NCBI GenBank assembly: GCA_030141605.1
Contig: JAQGDQ010001744.1
Span: forward strand, 1-27,078
DNA length: 27,078 bases
Reading direction: 5' to 3'
Source of the DNA: Tubiluchus corallicola
Taxonomy: Eukaryota > Animalia > Priapulida
The position numbers and the translations under genes are program-made. The notes beneath the pieces are model-generated. The model saw only the letters and a program-made list of their open reading frames with translations, had not been told where the DNA came from and did not search any database. How positions within the stretch are numbered: position 1 is the first letter of the stretch; each line of letters begins with the position of its first letter. Positions 1-10,784 of the stretch are shown in pieces.

Positions 1-93
1 CTGTTTTGCTTTTTGTGAAGATTCTACATTAACTGGTCCATTTTGTCAAATGCCTATTCTAATTACTTTAGTAAAGTATTATCTTTTGCACAG

Positions 94-197
94 ATGACAT
101 CTAAACAAGCTATAGGTGTGTTAATGATTGGGGTGCTCCCTGGCGGAACGATAGCGAACATGTTTACATACTGGAATGATGGAGACGTCGCACTCAG
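94..197 (+). CDS. Internal exon of an SLC10-family sodium/bile acid cotransporter (SLC10A2/ASBT-like); no other intact exons found in window
   Basis: Bounded by ttttgcacag| at 93 and CTCAG|gtatc at 197. Encodes MTSKQAIGVLMIGVLPGGTIANMFTYWNDGDVAL(S), which matches the SBF motif recalled from SLC10A2 ([31 protein letters not shown]), ending in a phase-2 intron within the LS. Confidence 0.85.
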
Positions 198-509
198 GTA
201 TCATCGGTTATATAGTTCCTGGTACATCAAGGAGATGAAAGACGCGCCTGCTCTTTGTACCGTTAAACAATAATGCTTTATTTTTATGTCGTATTTTATT
301 TTACCATATATATATATGTATATATTGTACTACAGGGCTGTGGTGAAATGAAATGTAATGCTGGCAGGAGAATACAGTAGACTTCTCAGGTGTGCATGTG
401 AATGTGGCTTTATCTAGCACAGACTCTGTAGACTCAGTATTCTGACCTTGTGTTAGCAAAAGCCACTAGTCACGTGCACACCCGAGCTTATAAAAAGGGA
501 AGGTTTGCT

Positions 510-2349
510 GTAGACCCTTGTCAGTGGTCGTGTCTTTCGTAGCATGTGCAGCTCTGTTCACATTTCTCATGCTTTTTTGCGTAGACCCTTGTCAGTGGTC
601 GTGTCTTTCGTAGCATGTGCAGCTCTGTTCACATTTCTCATGCTTTTTTGCGTAGACCCTTGTCAGTGGTCGTGTCTTTCGTAGCATGTGCAGCTCTGTT
701 CACATTTCTCAGGCTTTTTTGCGTAGACCCTTGTCAGTGGTCGTGTCTTTCGTAGCATGTGCAGCTCTGTTCACATTTCTCATGCTTTTTTGCGTAGACC
801 CTTGTCAGTGGTCGTGTCTTTCGTAGCATGTGCAGCTCTGTTCACATTTCTCATGCTTTTTTGCGTAGACCCTTGTCAGTGGTCGTGTCTTTCGTAGCAT
901 GTGCAGCTCTGTTCACATTTCTCGAGCTTTTTTGCGTAGACCCTTGTCAGTGGTCGTGTCTTTCGTAGCATGTGCAGCTCTGTTCACATTTCTCATGCTT
1001 TTTTGCGTAGACCCTTGTCAGTGGTCGTGTCTTTCGTAGCATGTGCAGCTCTGTTCACATTTCTCATGCTTTTTTGCGTAGACCCTTGTCAGTGGTCGTG
1101 TCTTTCGTAGCATGTGCAGCTCTGTTCACATTTCTCGAGCTTTTTTGCGTAGACCCTTGTCAGTGGTCGTGTCTTTCGTAGCATGTGCAGCTCTGTTCAC
1201 ATTTCTCATGCTTTTTTGCGTAGACCCTTGTCAGTGGTCGTGTCTTTCGTAGCATGTGCAGCTCTGTTCACATTTCTCGAGCTTTTTTGCGTAGACCCTT
1301 GTCAGTGGTCGTGTCTTTCGTAGCATGTGCAGCTCTGTTCACATTTCTCATGCTTTTTTGCGTAGACCCTTGTCAGTGGTCGTGTCTTTCGTAGCATGTG
1401 CAGCTCTGTTCACATTTCTCAAGCTTTTTTGCGTAGACCCTTGTCAGTGGTCGTGTCTTTCGTAGCATGTGCAGCTCTGTTCACATTTCTCATGCTTTTT
1501 TGCGTAGACCCTTGTCAGTGGTCGTGTCTTTCGTAGCATGTGCAGCTCTGTTCACATTTCTCATGCTTTTTTGCGTAGACCCTTGTCAGTGGTCGTGTCT
1601 TTCGTAGCATGTGCAGCTCTGTTCACATTTCTCGAGCTTTTTTGCGTAGACCCTTGTCAGTGGTCGTGTCTTTCGTAGCATGTGCAGCTCTGTTCACATT
1701 TCTCATGCTTTTTTGCGTAGACCCTTGTCAGTGGTCGTGTCTTTCGTAGCATGTGCAGCTCTGTTCACATTTCTCGAGCTTTTTTGCGTAGACTCTTGTC
1801 AGTGGTCGTGTCTTTCGTAGCATGTGCAGCTCTGTTCACATTTCTCATGCTTTTTTGCGTAGACCCTTGTCAGTGGTCGTGTCTTTCGTAGCATGTGCAG
1901 CTCTGTTCACATTTCTCGAGCTTTTTGCGTAGACCCTTGTCAGTGGTCGTGTCTTTCGTAGCATGTGCAGCTCTGTTCCATTTCTCAGGCTTTTTTGCGT
2001 AGACCCTTGTCAGTGGTCGTGTCTTTCGTAGCATGTGCAGCTCTGTTCACATTTCTCATGCTTTTTTGCGTAGACCCTTGTCAGTGGTCGTGTCTTTCGT
2101 AGCATGTGCAGCTCTGTTCACATTTCTCAGGCTTTTTTGCGTAGACCCTTGTCAGTGGTCGTGTCTTTCGTAACATGTGCAGCTCTGTTCACATTTCTCA
2201 TGCTTTTTTGCGTAGACCCTTGTCAGTGGTCGTGTCTTTCGTAGCATGTGCAGCTCTGTTCACATTTCTCATGCTTTTTTGCGTAGACCCTTGTCAGTGG
2301 TCGTGTCTTTCGTAGCATGTGCAGCTCTGTTCACATTTCCCAGGCTTTT
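510..2349. repeat. Tandem array, 71-bp unit, ~26 near-identical copies
   Basis: Unit gtagacccttgtcagtggtcgtgtctttcgtagcatgtgcagctctgttcacatttctcatgcttttttgc starts at 510, 581, 652, 723 and so on. Variation is mostly at ctcATg/ctcGAg/ctcAGg/ctcAAg. Confidence 0.98.
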
Positions 2350-2610
2350 CCCGCAAACTCTGTTCCTGTAGGTAAGCTGGTCGTTCCTTATATAAAGTAT
2401 AATATTTAATATTAAATTGTCATTTCGACTGACTCTATTATTCGATTTTTATTTATGGGTGTGGCGTTGAATGACATAATTAAGATATACATACATGATA
2501 CATGTATATATTTTTATCATTTTTGTTTAGTGTGAAACTAAATAGACGATATAAACAACAGCCCAGTCCTCGCGCGTTGGTCCTAGGCTGTAAAGCAACG
2601 TCATTTCGAT

Positions 2611-3240
2611 TAACCATCAGGCTAACAAAGCTGTAACCTTAGGCCCTAAATTTTGATAGGCCCACGGTGTCCTGAGACTGCAACCAGCAGGCTAACAAAG
2701 CTGTAACCTTAGGCCCTAAATTTTGATAGGCCCTCGGTGTCCTGAGACTGTAACCAGCAGGCTAACAAAGCTATAGCCTTAGGCCCTAAATTTTGATAGG
2801 CCCACGGTGTCCTGAGACTGCAACCAGCAGGCTAACAAAGCTGTAACCTTAGGCCCTAAATTTTGATAGGCCCTCGGTGTCCTGAGACTGCAACCAGCAG
2901 GCTGACAAAGCTGTAGCCTTAGGTCCTAAGTTTTGATAGGCCCTCGGTGTCCTGAGACTGTAACCAGCAGGCTAACAAAGCTGTAGCCTTAGGCCCTAAA
3001 TTTTGATAGGCCCTCGGTGTCCTGAGACTGTAACCATCAGGCTAACAAAGTTATAGCCTTAGGCCCTAAATTTTGATAGGCCCTCGGTGTCCTGAGACTG
3101 TAACCATCAGGCTAACAAAGCTATAGCCTTAGGTCCTAAATTTTGATAGGCCCTCGGTGTCCTGAGACTGTAACCAGCAGGCTAACAAAGCTGTAACCTT
3201 AGGCCCTAAATTTTGATAGGCCCTCGGTGTCCTGAGACTG
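2611..3240. repeat. Tandem array, 70-bp unit, 9 copies
   Basis: Unit taaccagcaggctaacaaagctgtaaccttaggccctaaattttgataggccctcggtgtcctgagactg repeats with an exact 70-nt period. Confidence 0.97.
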
Positions 3241-3629
3241 ATGATCAGCTAAAGATGGGTAATACTACTTTTAACAAGAAAACGAAATTATTAAAGCTGA
3301 ACTTGCTAAAGACAAGTATATTAGATTCAGCAGTTCAACATTGAATATATAACTGGGTAGTCCAGAAAATGTTCCAGAAATCATCCTGTAATACATTGTT
3401 ATGACACAACTTACAGGAAACAGAGCCAAATATTTGTAGCAACTTGAAAAAGCTTGTGGATAATGATATTTAAATAATTTTCAACTTCTATAAATATTCA
3501 CGATTTACAGAAGTTGAAAATTTAAATATTTCATTTAATGATGCGTCTCGCTTTTCAATGGACAAATTGTTTTATACGTTATGTTTTTGCTATTTTATTG
3601 GGTGTACAAAAATACTGAATTTGTCAATA

Positions 3630-3634
<5 letters not shown>

Positions 3635-3668
<34 letters not shown>
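3635..3668. repeat. (TA)n microsatellite
   Basis: Direct reading. Confidence 0.95.
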
Positions 3669-3671
<3 letters not shown>

Positions 3672-4144
3672 GTACCCTAAGGGTACAACAAATGAGGGGT
3701 CGCAAGTCCCACACTGTAAAAGAGATTCACATCTTCGTGTATCCCGGATTCTCTCCTCTTTCTAAAAAGTTATAAATTTCTCTCCAGGGCCCCAATTAAG
3801 TGCAAGTAAAACGTTTTTCTACAACGGCGGGTGAAAAATCTCCAAAAATATTTTCTGCTCATCAGTGGACGTCATACAGAAAAAACGTACCAGCGGCATC
3901 TATATACAGCACGGTTTCTCGTCTTTTCAAAGACCTGGATATGAACCTGATCGTTTTTGCGATGGACGCTGGCACCATGGGTGTGGGACTTTCAGTCTCT
4001 CAGCTAGAATGGCAACATTGTAATTGGACTGTGGCAAAGAGGTTTGTTTAATTTCAGTATTATTCGTAGCTTGTTATTTGCCTGCGTATATGTAGTAATG
4101 TAATACTAACCAAACCCCGGGAAAAGAATTTTGCGCACAAATCA

Positions 4145-4355
4145 ACACACAACCCACCTCCCGCATCATACCACTCCACCACATCACACCACACTGCACC
4201 ACACCACTCCACCTCATCACACCACACTGCACCACACCATCCACTCCACCAACACCCACACACCCTAACACCCCGTCACACCATCCATAGCACAACACCC
4301 ACAGCACACTATCACCACACCTCACAACCCACACCACATCAAATCCACCACTTCA
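4145..4355. repeat. Degenerate C/A-rich (CACCA-like) low-complexity repeat
   Basis: Runs of ccacaccac/cacacc. This explains the spurious W/C/G/V-rich minus-strand ORFs at 4060-4337. Confidence 0.85.
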
Positions 4356-4935
4356 CATGGTGATCATGATGTTGTCACAAATACACCCCTCCCGTTTCGT
4401 TCAGTATACATCTCTCCCAACAAAACCTTCAACATTTTGTAGACCTTATCATCCTCTTCCTGCGAGTGTGCTAATTTTTTCTCAGCATGGCCAAACAGTT
4501 GCAAAAATTTCGTTTTCCTACAAGCTGTTTGACCAGTTTTCTGCATAATTTCCGTGGTTGATTCCGGGAATTCAACCACAGAATTCTAAATATGACTATA
4601 ACACCCACCGTAAAACGGGCTATCTATCCATAGCCAGCACCAGCCAGGCACATTCCCGTTCTCCAGAAATAAGAGGTATAAGTTTTGTAAAAATGGCCGT
4701 TTTTGCAAGTTTTCCGTCCCCCGTTCATTCCGGTGGGCCCAATTGGAAAATCTGTGGGTCCGGACGTTTCGTTTGATGTATAGATGGAGCCGTCGTTGGA
4801 GCTGTTACCTCGTCGGTTATAAATCCACCCATGTAAATATATATATATATATGGGTGGTTATTAACTTATTGATTACTATTATAGTTACTGTGCTGTAAT
4901 GTTAGCTGTAATTCTTGCTGTCAGGTCCAGTGTTA

Positions 4936-5059
4936 TGGCGCGTTCAGACTTAGAGACTTTTCTCGTAAGCTGTTATAACGTGTGAACGGCTTGGCAACTT
5001 CTCTCAGCGAGAAGTTGCGCAACAAGTTACGAGAGAAGTCTCTACGTCTGAACGCGCCA
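4936..5059. mobile_element. 124-bp palindromic MITE, PIF/Harbinger (Tourist-like)
   Basis: TIRs TGGCGCGTTCAGAC...GTCTGAACGCGCCA extend imperfectly for ~35 bp. A 3-bp TTA target duplication lies at 4933-4935 and 5060-5062; a TWA TSD is characteristic of Harbinger. Confidence 0.85.
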
Positions 5060-5129
5060 TTAATTTTGCTGTTTTTGCTATTGTTGGCTGTAGTTAAGAG
5101 ATCAGTAACTAATAAATTTACCGTTGCAG

Positions 5130-5450
5130 CATGGTGGCTTGACTGTCGAGATCCCTTTGCTTGCTGGAGAAGAGCCACTCGATTTATCCAATGTAGGTGA
5201 TGACGACATATTTATGTCCTTTGGTGGTGTATTTGATGGTACCATAAATACAGACTTTCGAGGAGTTGCGTCTGGTGTAAATTTCTACGAAGGTGTATTT
5301 CCACCAGAAAAGCTGCTGTATTACTGCAAACCGTATTACCACGATGATGGTTACATCTTAAGTTGGGGAGATTTGCGAGGAGGCCAACATCTAGGAGAGA
5401 TATGCTTTAGTTCTTCTGAGCTTCATGCTTCTAGTATGGTACTCAGTTAA
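5130..5450 (+). CDS. Terminal exon encoding the C-terminal part of a pentraxin/laminin-G-like (ConA-like) domain
   Basis: Branch-like ctaat, then ttaccgttgcag| acceptor. Open to TAA at 5448-5450. Peptide ...MSFGGVFDGTINTDFRGVASGVNFYEGVFPPEKLLYYCKPYYHDDGYILSWGDL... resembles the pentraxin C-terminal pattern GG..F.G.(L/I)S.VN.W...L....(C)...GN(V/I)(L/I)SW.D. Confidence 0.55.
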   Translation, partial: HGGLTVEIPLLAGEEPLDLSNVGDDDIFMSFGGVFDGTINTDFRGVASGVNFYEGVFPPEKLLYYCKPYYHDDGYILSWGDLRGGQHLGEICFSSSELHASSMVLS

Positions 5451-6179
5451 TGCTGCTTGAGAAAGAGTTGAATTGCTTCATTTTACATAGGTGTGATAAT
5501 TGTGAAATAGGTTTCACTTGCTTAGCCGTTTTGAGAAGTCCAGCCATTCTAGTGATTTTTGGACGATTTTCTAACGCTTAAAACAACAAATCAATTTCAA
5601 CCATTGAAATGGATACAAAGCACCAGTTTAACGTGTTGACCAAAAGTTTTTTTATTCTGAAATACAATTATTAACATTTAGTTTAATTTGCATTGAATAG
5701 AAGAAAATTAGTTGCATGATTAAATGTATTGCTATAACTAAGAACTGATATAAAAATCATGTAAACTATATTGAAATTAATTAATAATAACTTACGTTGT
5801 TAGAGCCTTTAACAGTTACTTTTACAAAGACAGGAATGAGAACTGCAAGTAGCCTTAAGAACAACAATGTCACAACAATAAATTCGTAAGAAATTCACAG
5901 TCATAATGCTCATCACAGACAGAAAAATAGAGCAATGGCGGAGAGAACCAAAAGACGGGTAAAATGTCAGACAACTACTACAGCTATAGCTCACGAAAGG
6001 CCAAAATGCTAATGTATTGAAGGATATTAGGTGCTTCAATTTTAAAAGAGTGACTACCGTAAAAGGTAAAAAGTCTACTAAATAAACAAACAGGTGGCAG
6101 CACCGCGGCAGTAACTGAGAACTAAATTAAAACCAAAAAAGGGCCTATGCGCCCACTACAACCATGATTTCATTTGCAG

Positions 6180-6344
6180 GTATTTCTGGAACCGCTTAGC
6201 AGTTACCACCTCACTTTTGTACCAACAATTCAGCTGGCAATGAGGCATTTGATCTCTTTTTCACAGGAAGCAATGACACTCGTGTTGAATTAACGGGATC
6301 CATTTTACAAAAACAAGGACAGTTTTCTGAGTATACTCTATGCG
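6180..6344 (+). pseudogene. Exon encoding the N-terminal part of a pentraxin-like domain, with in-frame TAG near its start
   Basis: catttgcag|GT ATT TCT GGA ACC GCT TAG(6197-6199), then QLPPHFCTNNSAGNEAFDLFFTGSNDTRVELTGSILQKQGQFSEYTLC G|gttaag. This resembles the pentraxin start (AFVFP.ESDTSYVSL......L.AFTVC). Confidence 0.45.
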
Positions 6345-6521
6345 GTTAAGTTAAATGCATTAAACAAGTAGAAAGACCTTCCAAGTTAACTATTAGACAT
6401 AACTGATGGTTTAAAACCATTATCAATGATCCATAGATTGCTACTGCCGATATAATGCAGAAGACATGTTTTTTCTGAGATTTGGCTAGCCAAATTTATT
6501 AATAATTCTATTGTTTTTTAT

Positions 6522-6829
6522 ACGAAAGAAATTCCTTGGCGTTCGAAAGCCAAGATTGGAAGATTAAGATGGCTAGGACATCTTCTAAGATTAATACATG
6601 AAGCACCACTAAGAATCGCCTTAAAGGAAGCCTTAAAACCTTGCACAAAACACCTAGTAAACCTAAAACAACTTGGGTAGCTAAGATAAATAAAGATGTT
6701 CAACAACTTCAACAAAATCTATCTTTAAGAGTAGAAAAACTTACGCTGTTAGCTGCAGATAGAAGTGGGTGGAATACTCTAATAAATGTTGATACATCAA
6801 TGTGTACAATAGATGGAACGACATGTTAA
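6522..6829 (+). mobile_element. 3' remnant of a non-LTR retrotransposon ORF2 (RTE-like C-terminus), frameshifted
   Basis: TKEIPWRSKAKIGRLRWLGHLLRL..APLRIALKEALKP, a frameshift near 6642, then KTPSKPKTTWVAKINKDV...LAADRSGW. These match the RLRW.GH..R, GRP.TTW...I..D and A.DR..W motifs typical of LINE RT C-termini. Confidence 0.8.
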
Positions 6830-7664
6830 AGAATGATTGCTTTGTAACGTAAAAATTTAGGCGAAATAATAGCATTTTTTACGACTACTAATAGCAACCT
6901 CATTGTTAACTGTAACGTTGTAAACATACAGCAAAGCACTCATGACTCTTCACTGTACCGTCACTGCACGACTGTGTTGCAGTATATCACTTATGACACA
7001 CGATCTCATTAATAACATCATTATCTTACAGAAATTCTCATTTCTTACTGATTTTATTCAATGTTTCTCGCCTGGTAAAGAGTATATTAGTTCCTATAGT
7101 TGGGTTGGAAACAATGTAGTCAGAAGTTTGTTTCTTAAAGCATGTTCAGGTTGAAGAATGGACTGCAGTAATTTGGCTTATTGTAGTAAACTTAATAAAT
7201 AGCAGGACAGCATTTTGGACTTTGACCCTGGAGGTCACAGCCAAACTCACCACCCAAATATAGAAAATTAGTGGTATTTCAGTGCTGGTGACTCTGCAAG
7301 CTTATTTTATTAACTAATTGATAAAAATGCTAAATTATACCCCTGGTTGAGGTAAAGATTGTTACACACCAAAAAATATCACGAAAATACACACAATCCC
7401 GAGTTTGATGGAGGTCTGAGGTTACCCGAAGACCAACACTGAAGTTAGGCATAAAGCTCAAAATTTATGAGACAGTATTTAAATGGCAAAATTTTATTTG
7501 TTTTTGTTTGAAGAAAGTCAGGTTAAATATTGCCGCAGACGGCCTTAATAACTTTTGTGCCCATGCTGATGTGTCATTTTTTGGTCTATAACATCTGATG
7601 TATAGTTCTATAACAAAATTTCGACATTTGACATTTTATGTTTTCTTACTGTACATAATTATCA

Positions 7665-9505
7665 TTGACTAAGTGGATTATCACATTTTGCGTGATTTAT
7701 TTGCTTGACTAAGTGGATTATCACATTTTGCGTGATTTATTTGCTTGAGTAAGTTGATTATTACATTTTGCGTGATTTATTTGCTTGAGTAAGTTGATTA
7801 TTACATTTTGCGTGATTTATTTGCTTGACTAAGTTGATTATTACATTTTGCATGATTTATTTGCTTGAGTAAGTTGATTATTACATTTTGCGTGATTTAT
7901 TTGCTTGACTAAGTGGATTATCACATTTTGCGTGATTTATTTGCTTGAGCAAGTTGATTTTTACATTTTGCATGATATATTTGTTTGACTAAGTGGATTA
8001 TCACATTTTGCCTGATTTATTTGCTTGAGCAAGTTGATTTTTACATTTTGCATGATATATTTGCTTGACTAAGTGGATTATCACATTTTGCGTGATTTAT
8101 TTGCTTGACTAAGTGGATTATTACATTTTGCGTGATTTATTTGCTTGACTAAGTGGATTATTACATTTTGCGTGATTTATTTGCTTGACTAAGTGGATTA
8201 TCACATTTTGCGTGATTTATTTGCTTGAGCAAGTTGATTGTCACATTTTGCATGATTTATTTGCTTGACTAAGTGGATTATCACATTTTGCGTGACTTAT
8301 TTGCTTGAGTAAGTTGATTATTACATTTTGCATGATTTATTTGCTTGACTAAGTGGATTATTACATTTTGCGTGATTTATTTGCTTGAGTAAGTTGATTA
8401 TTACATTTTGCATGATGTATTTGCTTGACTAAATGGATTATTACATTTTGCATGATGTATTTGCTTGAGTAAGTTGATTATTACATTTTGCGTGATTTAT
8501 TTGCTTGACTAAATGGATTATTACATTTTGCATGATATATTTGCTTGAGTAAGTTGATTATGACATTTTGCATGATGTATTTGCTTGACTAAATGGATTA
8601 TTACATTTTGCATGATATATTTGCTTGAGTAAGTTGATTATTACATTTTGCGTGATTTATTTGCTTGACTAAATGGATTATTACATTTTGCGTGATTTAT
8701 TTGCTTGAGCAAGTTGATTTTTTAAATTTTGCGTGATTAATTTGCTTGAGTAAGTTGATTATTACGTTATGCATGATGTATTTGCTTGACTAAATGGATT
8801 ATTACATTTTGCGTGATTTATTTGCTTGAGCAAGTTGATTTTTACATTTTGCATGATTTATTTGCTTGAGTAAGTTGATTATTACATTTTGCATGATGTA
8901 TTTGCTTGACTAAATGGATTATTACATTTTGCATGATGTATTTGCTTGAGTAAGCTGATTATTACATTTTGCATGATGTATTTGCTTGACTAAATGGATT
9001 ATTACATTTCGCATGATATATTTGCTTGAGTAAGTTGATTATAACATTTTGCATGATGTATTTGCTTGACTAAATGGATTATTACATTTTGCATGATATA
9101 TTTGCTTGAGTAAGTTGATTATTACATTTTGCGTGATTTATTTGCTTGACTAAATGGATTATTACATTTTGCGTGATTTATTTGCTTGAGCAAGTTGATT
9201 TTTTACATTTTGCGTGATTTATTTGCTTGAGTAAGTTGATTATTACATTTTGCATGATGTATTTGCTTGACTAAATGTGTTATTACATTTTGCGTAATTT
9301 ATTTGCTTGAGCAAGTTGATTTTTACATTTTGCATGATTTATTTGCTTGAGTAAGTTGATTATTACATTCTGCATGATTTATTTGCTTGACTAAGTGGAT
9401 TATCACATTTTGCATGATGTATTTGCTTGACTAAATGGATTATTACATTTTGCGTGATTTATTTGCTTGAGTAAGTTGATTATTACATTTTGCATGATTT
9501 ATTTA
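7665..9505. repeat. Tandem array, 40-bp unit, ~46 copies, with higher-order structure
   Basis: Unit ttgcttgactaagtggattatcacattttgcgtgatttat, with variants gagtaagttg/gagcaagttg/gactaaatgg. The block at 8401-8881 recurs at 8882-9362. Confidence 0.97.
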
Positions 9506-10307
9506 CCTCATGAGCTCAAAATATGTCAGTAGGGAGGGAAGGAAATTTTTTTCAACAAAATGTTTTTAAAGTTTTGTGAACATCTAAAGCTGCATCTTGG
9601 AATATTTGAAATGAGCTGAAATCAAAGACTGTTTATTTCTCACTGGTTAGCAGTAATATTTTAATTTTTTCTTCAGTGCACATTTTTTCATGCATTGTTT
9701 TTTAGTTTTACATTACTATATTATCGATTATTGTACAGCCTCTTTTTGTATCATGAACGTATGTTCTGATAATTATGGTATAAGCGGAAACACCACTCGG
9801 TCGTTAATACACTGATTTGGCAGAAAATTTGAAACCTTTTTAACCTCCAAAACAATTAGCATCATACAAAATAGCAACCCTGGCCGAGAGTTAGGCATGG
9901 AAGAACATGCGTTCCCCGAAAGAACGATGTAATAATAATTTACGTTTTAAATTACAAAATACGCCTTTTACATGACTGCGCCACATTATCTATATTAACG
10001 TACAAAGAAATGATAAAATTTCCTGCCAGGTGTATTATAATAAAATATTATCCGGGCGACTAGACGGAAACAGAAGTAATTTTATTGTCCTCCTACCATT
10101 AGTTCAGATCACTGTTGTGACTGACAGTATAAAGTATGACTCGTCGGACCAAGCAGAGAGGTGACAGGTACTCTTGACTTATTTTACTGTATTTTTTACT
10201 ATTTTTATGACATATTGCTGCCAGCATAGTGCAGAAGTGAGCAGGTATATACACACCTATTGATTATCTAAAGTTATATTACCATTACCAAAAAGATAGA
10301 ATCTTAC

Positions 10308-10645
10308 CATTTAGTTTAACATCTGGATAGCCATAATAAGTACCATATATATCATTCTTATGTTGCGTTGACAAACTTGTTTTAACTGTCAATATCTCTT
10401 TTATAGCTGCGGCAGTAAACGGCGTTTTCTCCACAATAATGACTCCGTCGGCGTCACCGCTACCAATTTTTGCTTGAATAAACATGCATTTGCTTTCGGG
10501 ACGATCCTGAAGAATCTTTTACAACCTTTACATCTTTAAAGTTTCACAACTCGCTTTTTTCCTCGCATTCTCCTTCACTGGTCCCAGTTTTTAATATTTT
10601 TCTTGGAGGACCGCTTAAATCACACTCATTTACGGCGGCTGACAT
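10308..10645 (-). pseudogene. DCPS: DCPS (m7GpppX scavenger decapping enzyme) first coding exon, disrupted
   Basis: MSAAVNECDLSGPPRKILKTGTSEGECEEKSEL*NFKDVKVV, a frameshift, then KILQDRPESKCMFIQAKIGSGDADGVIIVEKTPFTAAAIKEILTVKTSLSTQHKNDIYGTYYGYPDVKLN G|gtaag. Matches the recalled DcpS N-domain (KVLRES..K.IFLHGK...DAVVILEKTPF...NDIYSTY..FP...LND). TGA at 10544-10546; extra base in the run at 10517-10520. Confidence 0.85.
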
Positions 10646-10784
10646 CTTTGGTTGTCTTACCAGACGCTAGTAACCGATGAACGGAACGAGAATTGTTCAT
10701 AGATTTCGAGAAATTTATGTTTATTTGCATTTTATTTACTTAAAAGTTTCTGTATGGGGTCAGCATTCTCTACCAAAAAGCGAA

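Noticed and set aside
510-3240. 71-bp and 70-bp arrays as CRISPR arrays
   Set aside because: Units are head-to-tail with no unique spacers, there are no cas genes, and the context is eukaryotic.
3800-4776. Short ORFs in the TA-flanked block
   Set aside because: No recognisable motifs; several derive from the CACCA low-complexity tract.
7665-9505. 40-bp array with internal palindrome as a CRISPR or iteron array
   Set aside because: No spacers; the variation is point substitution typical of a minisatellite.
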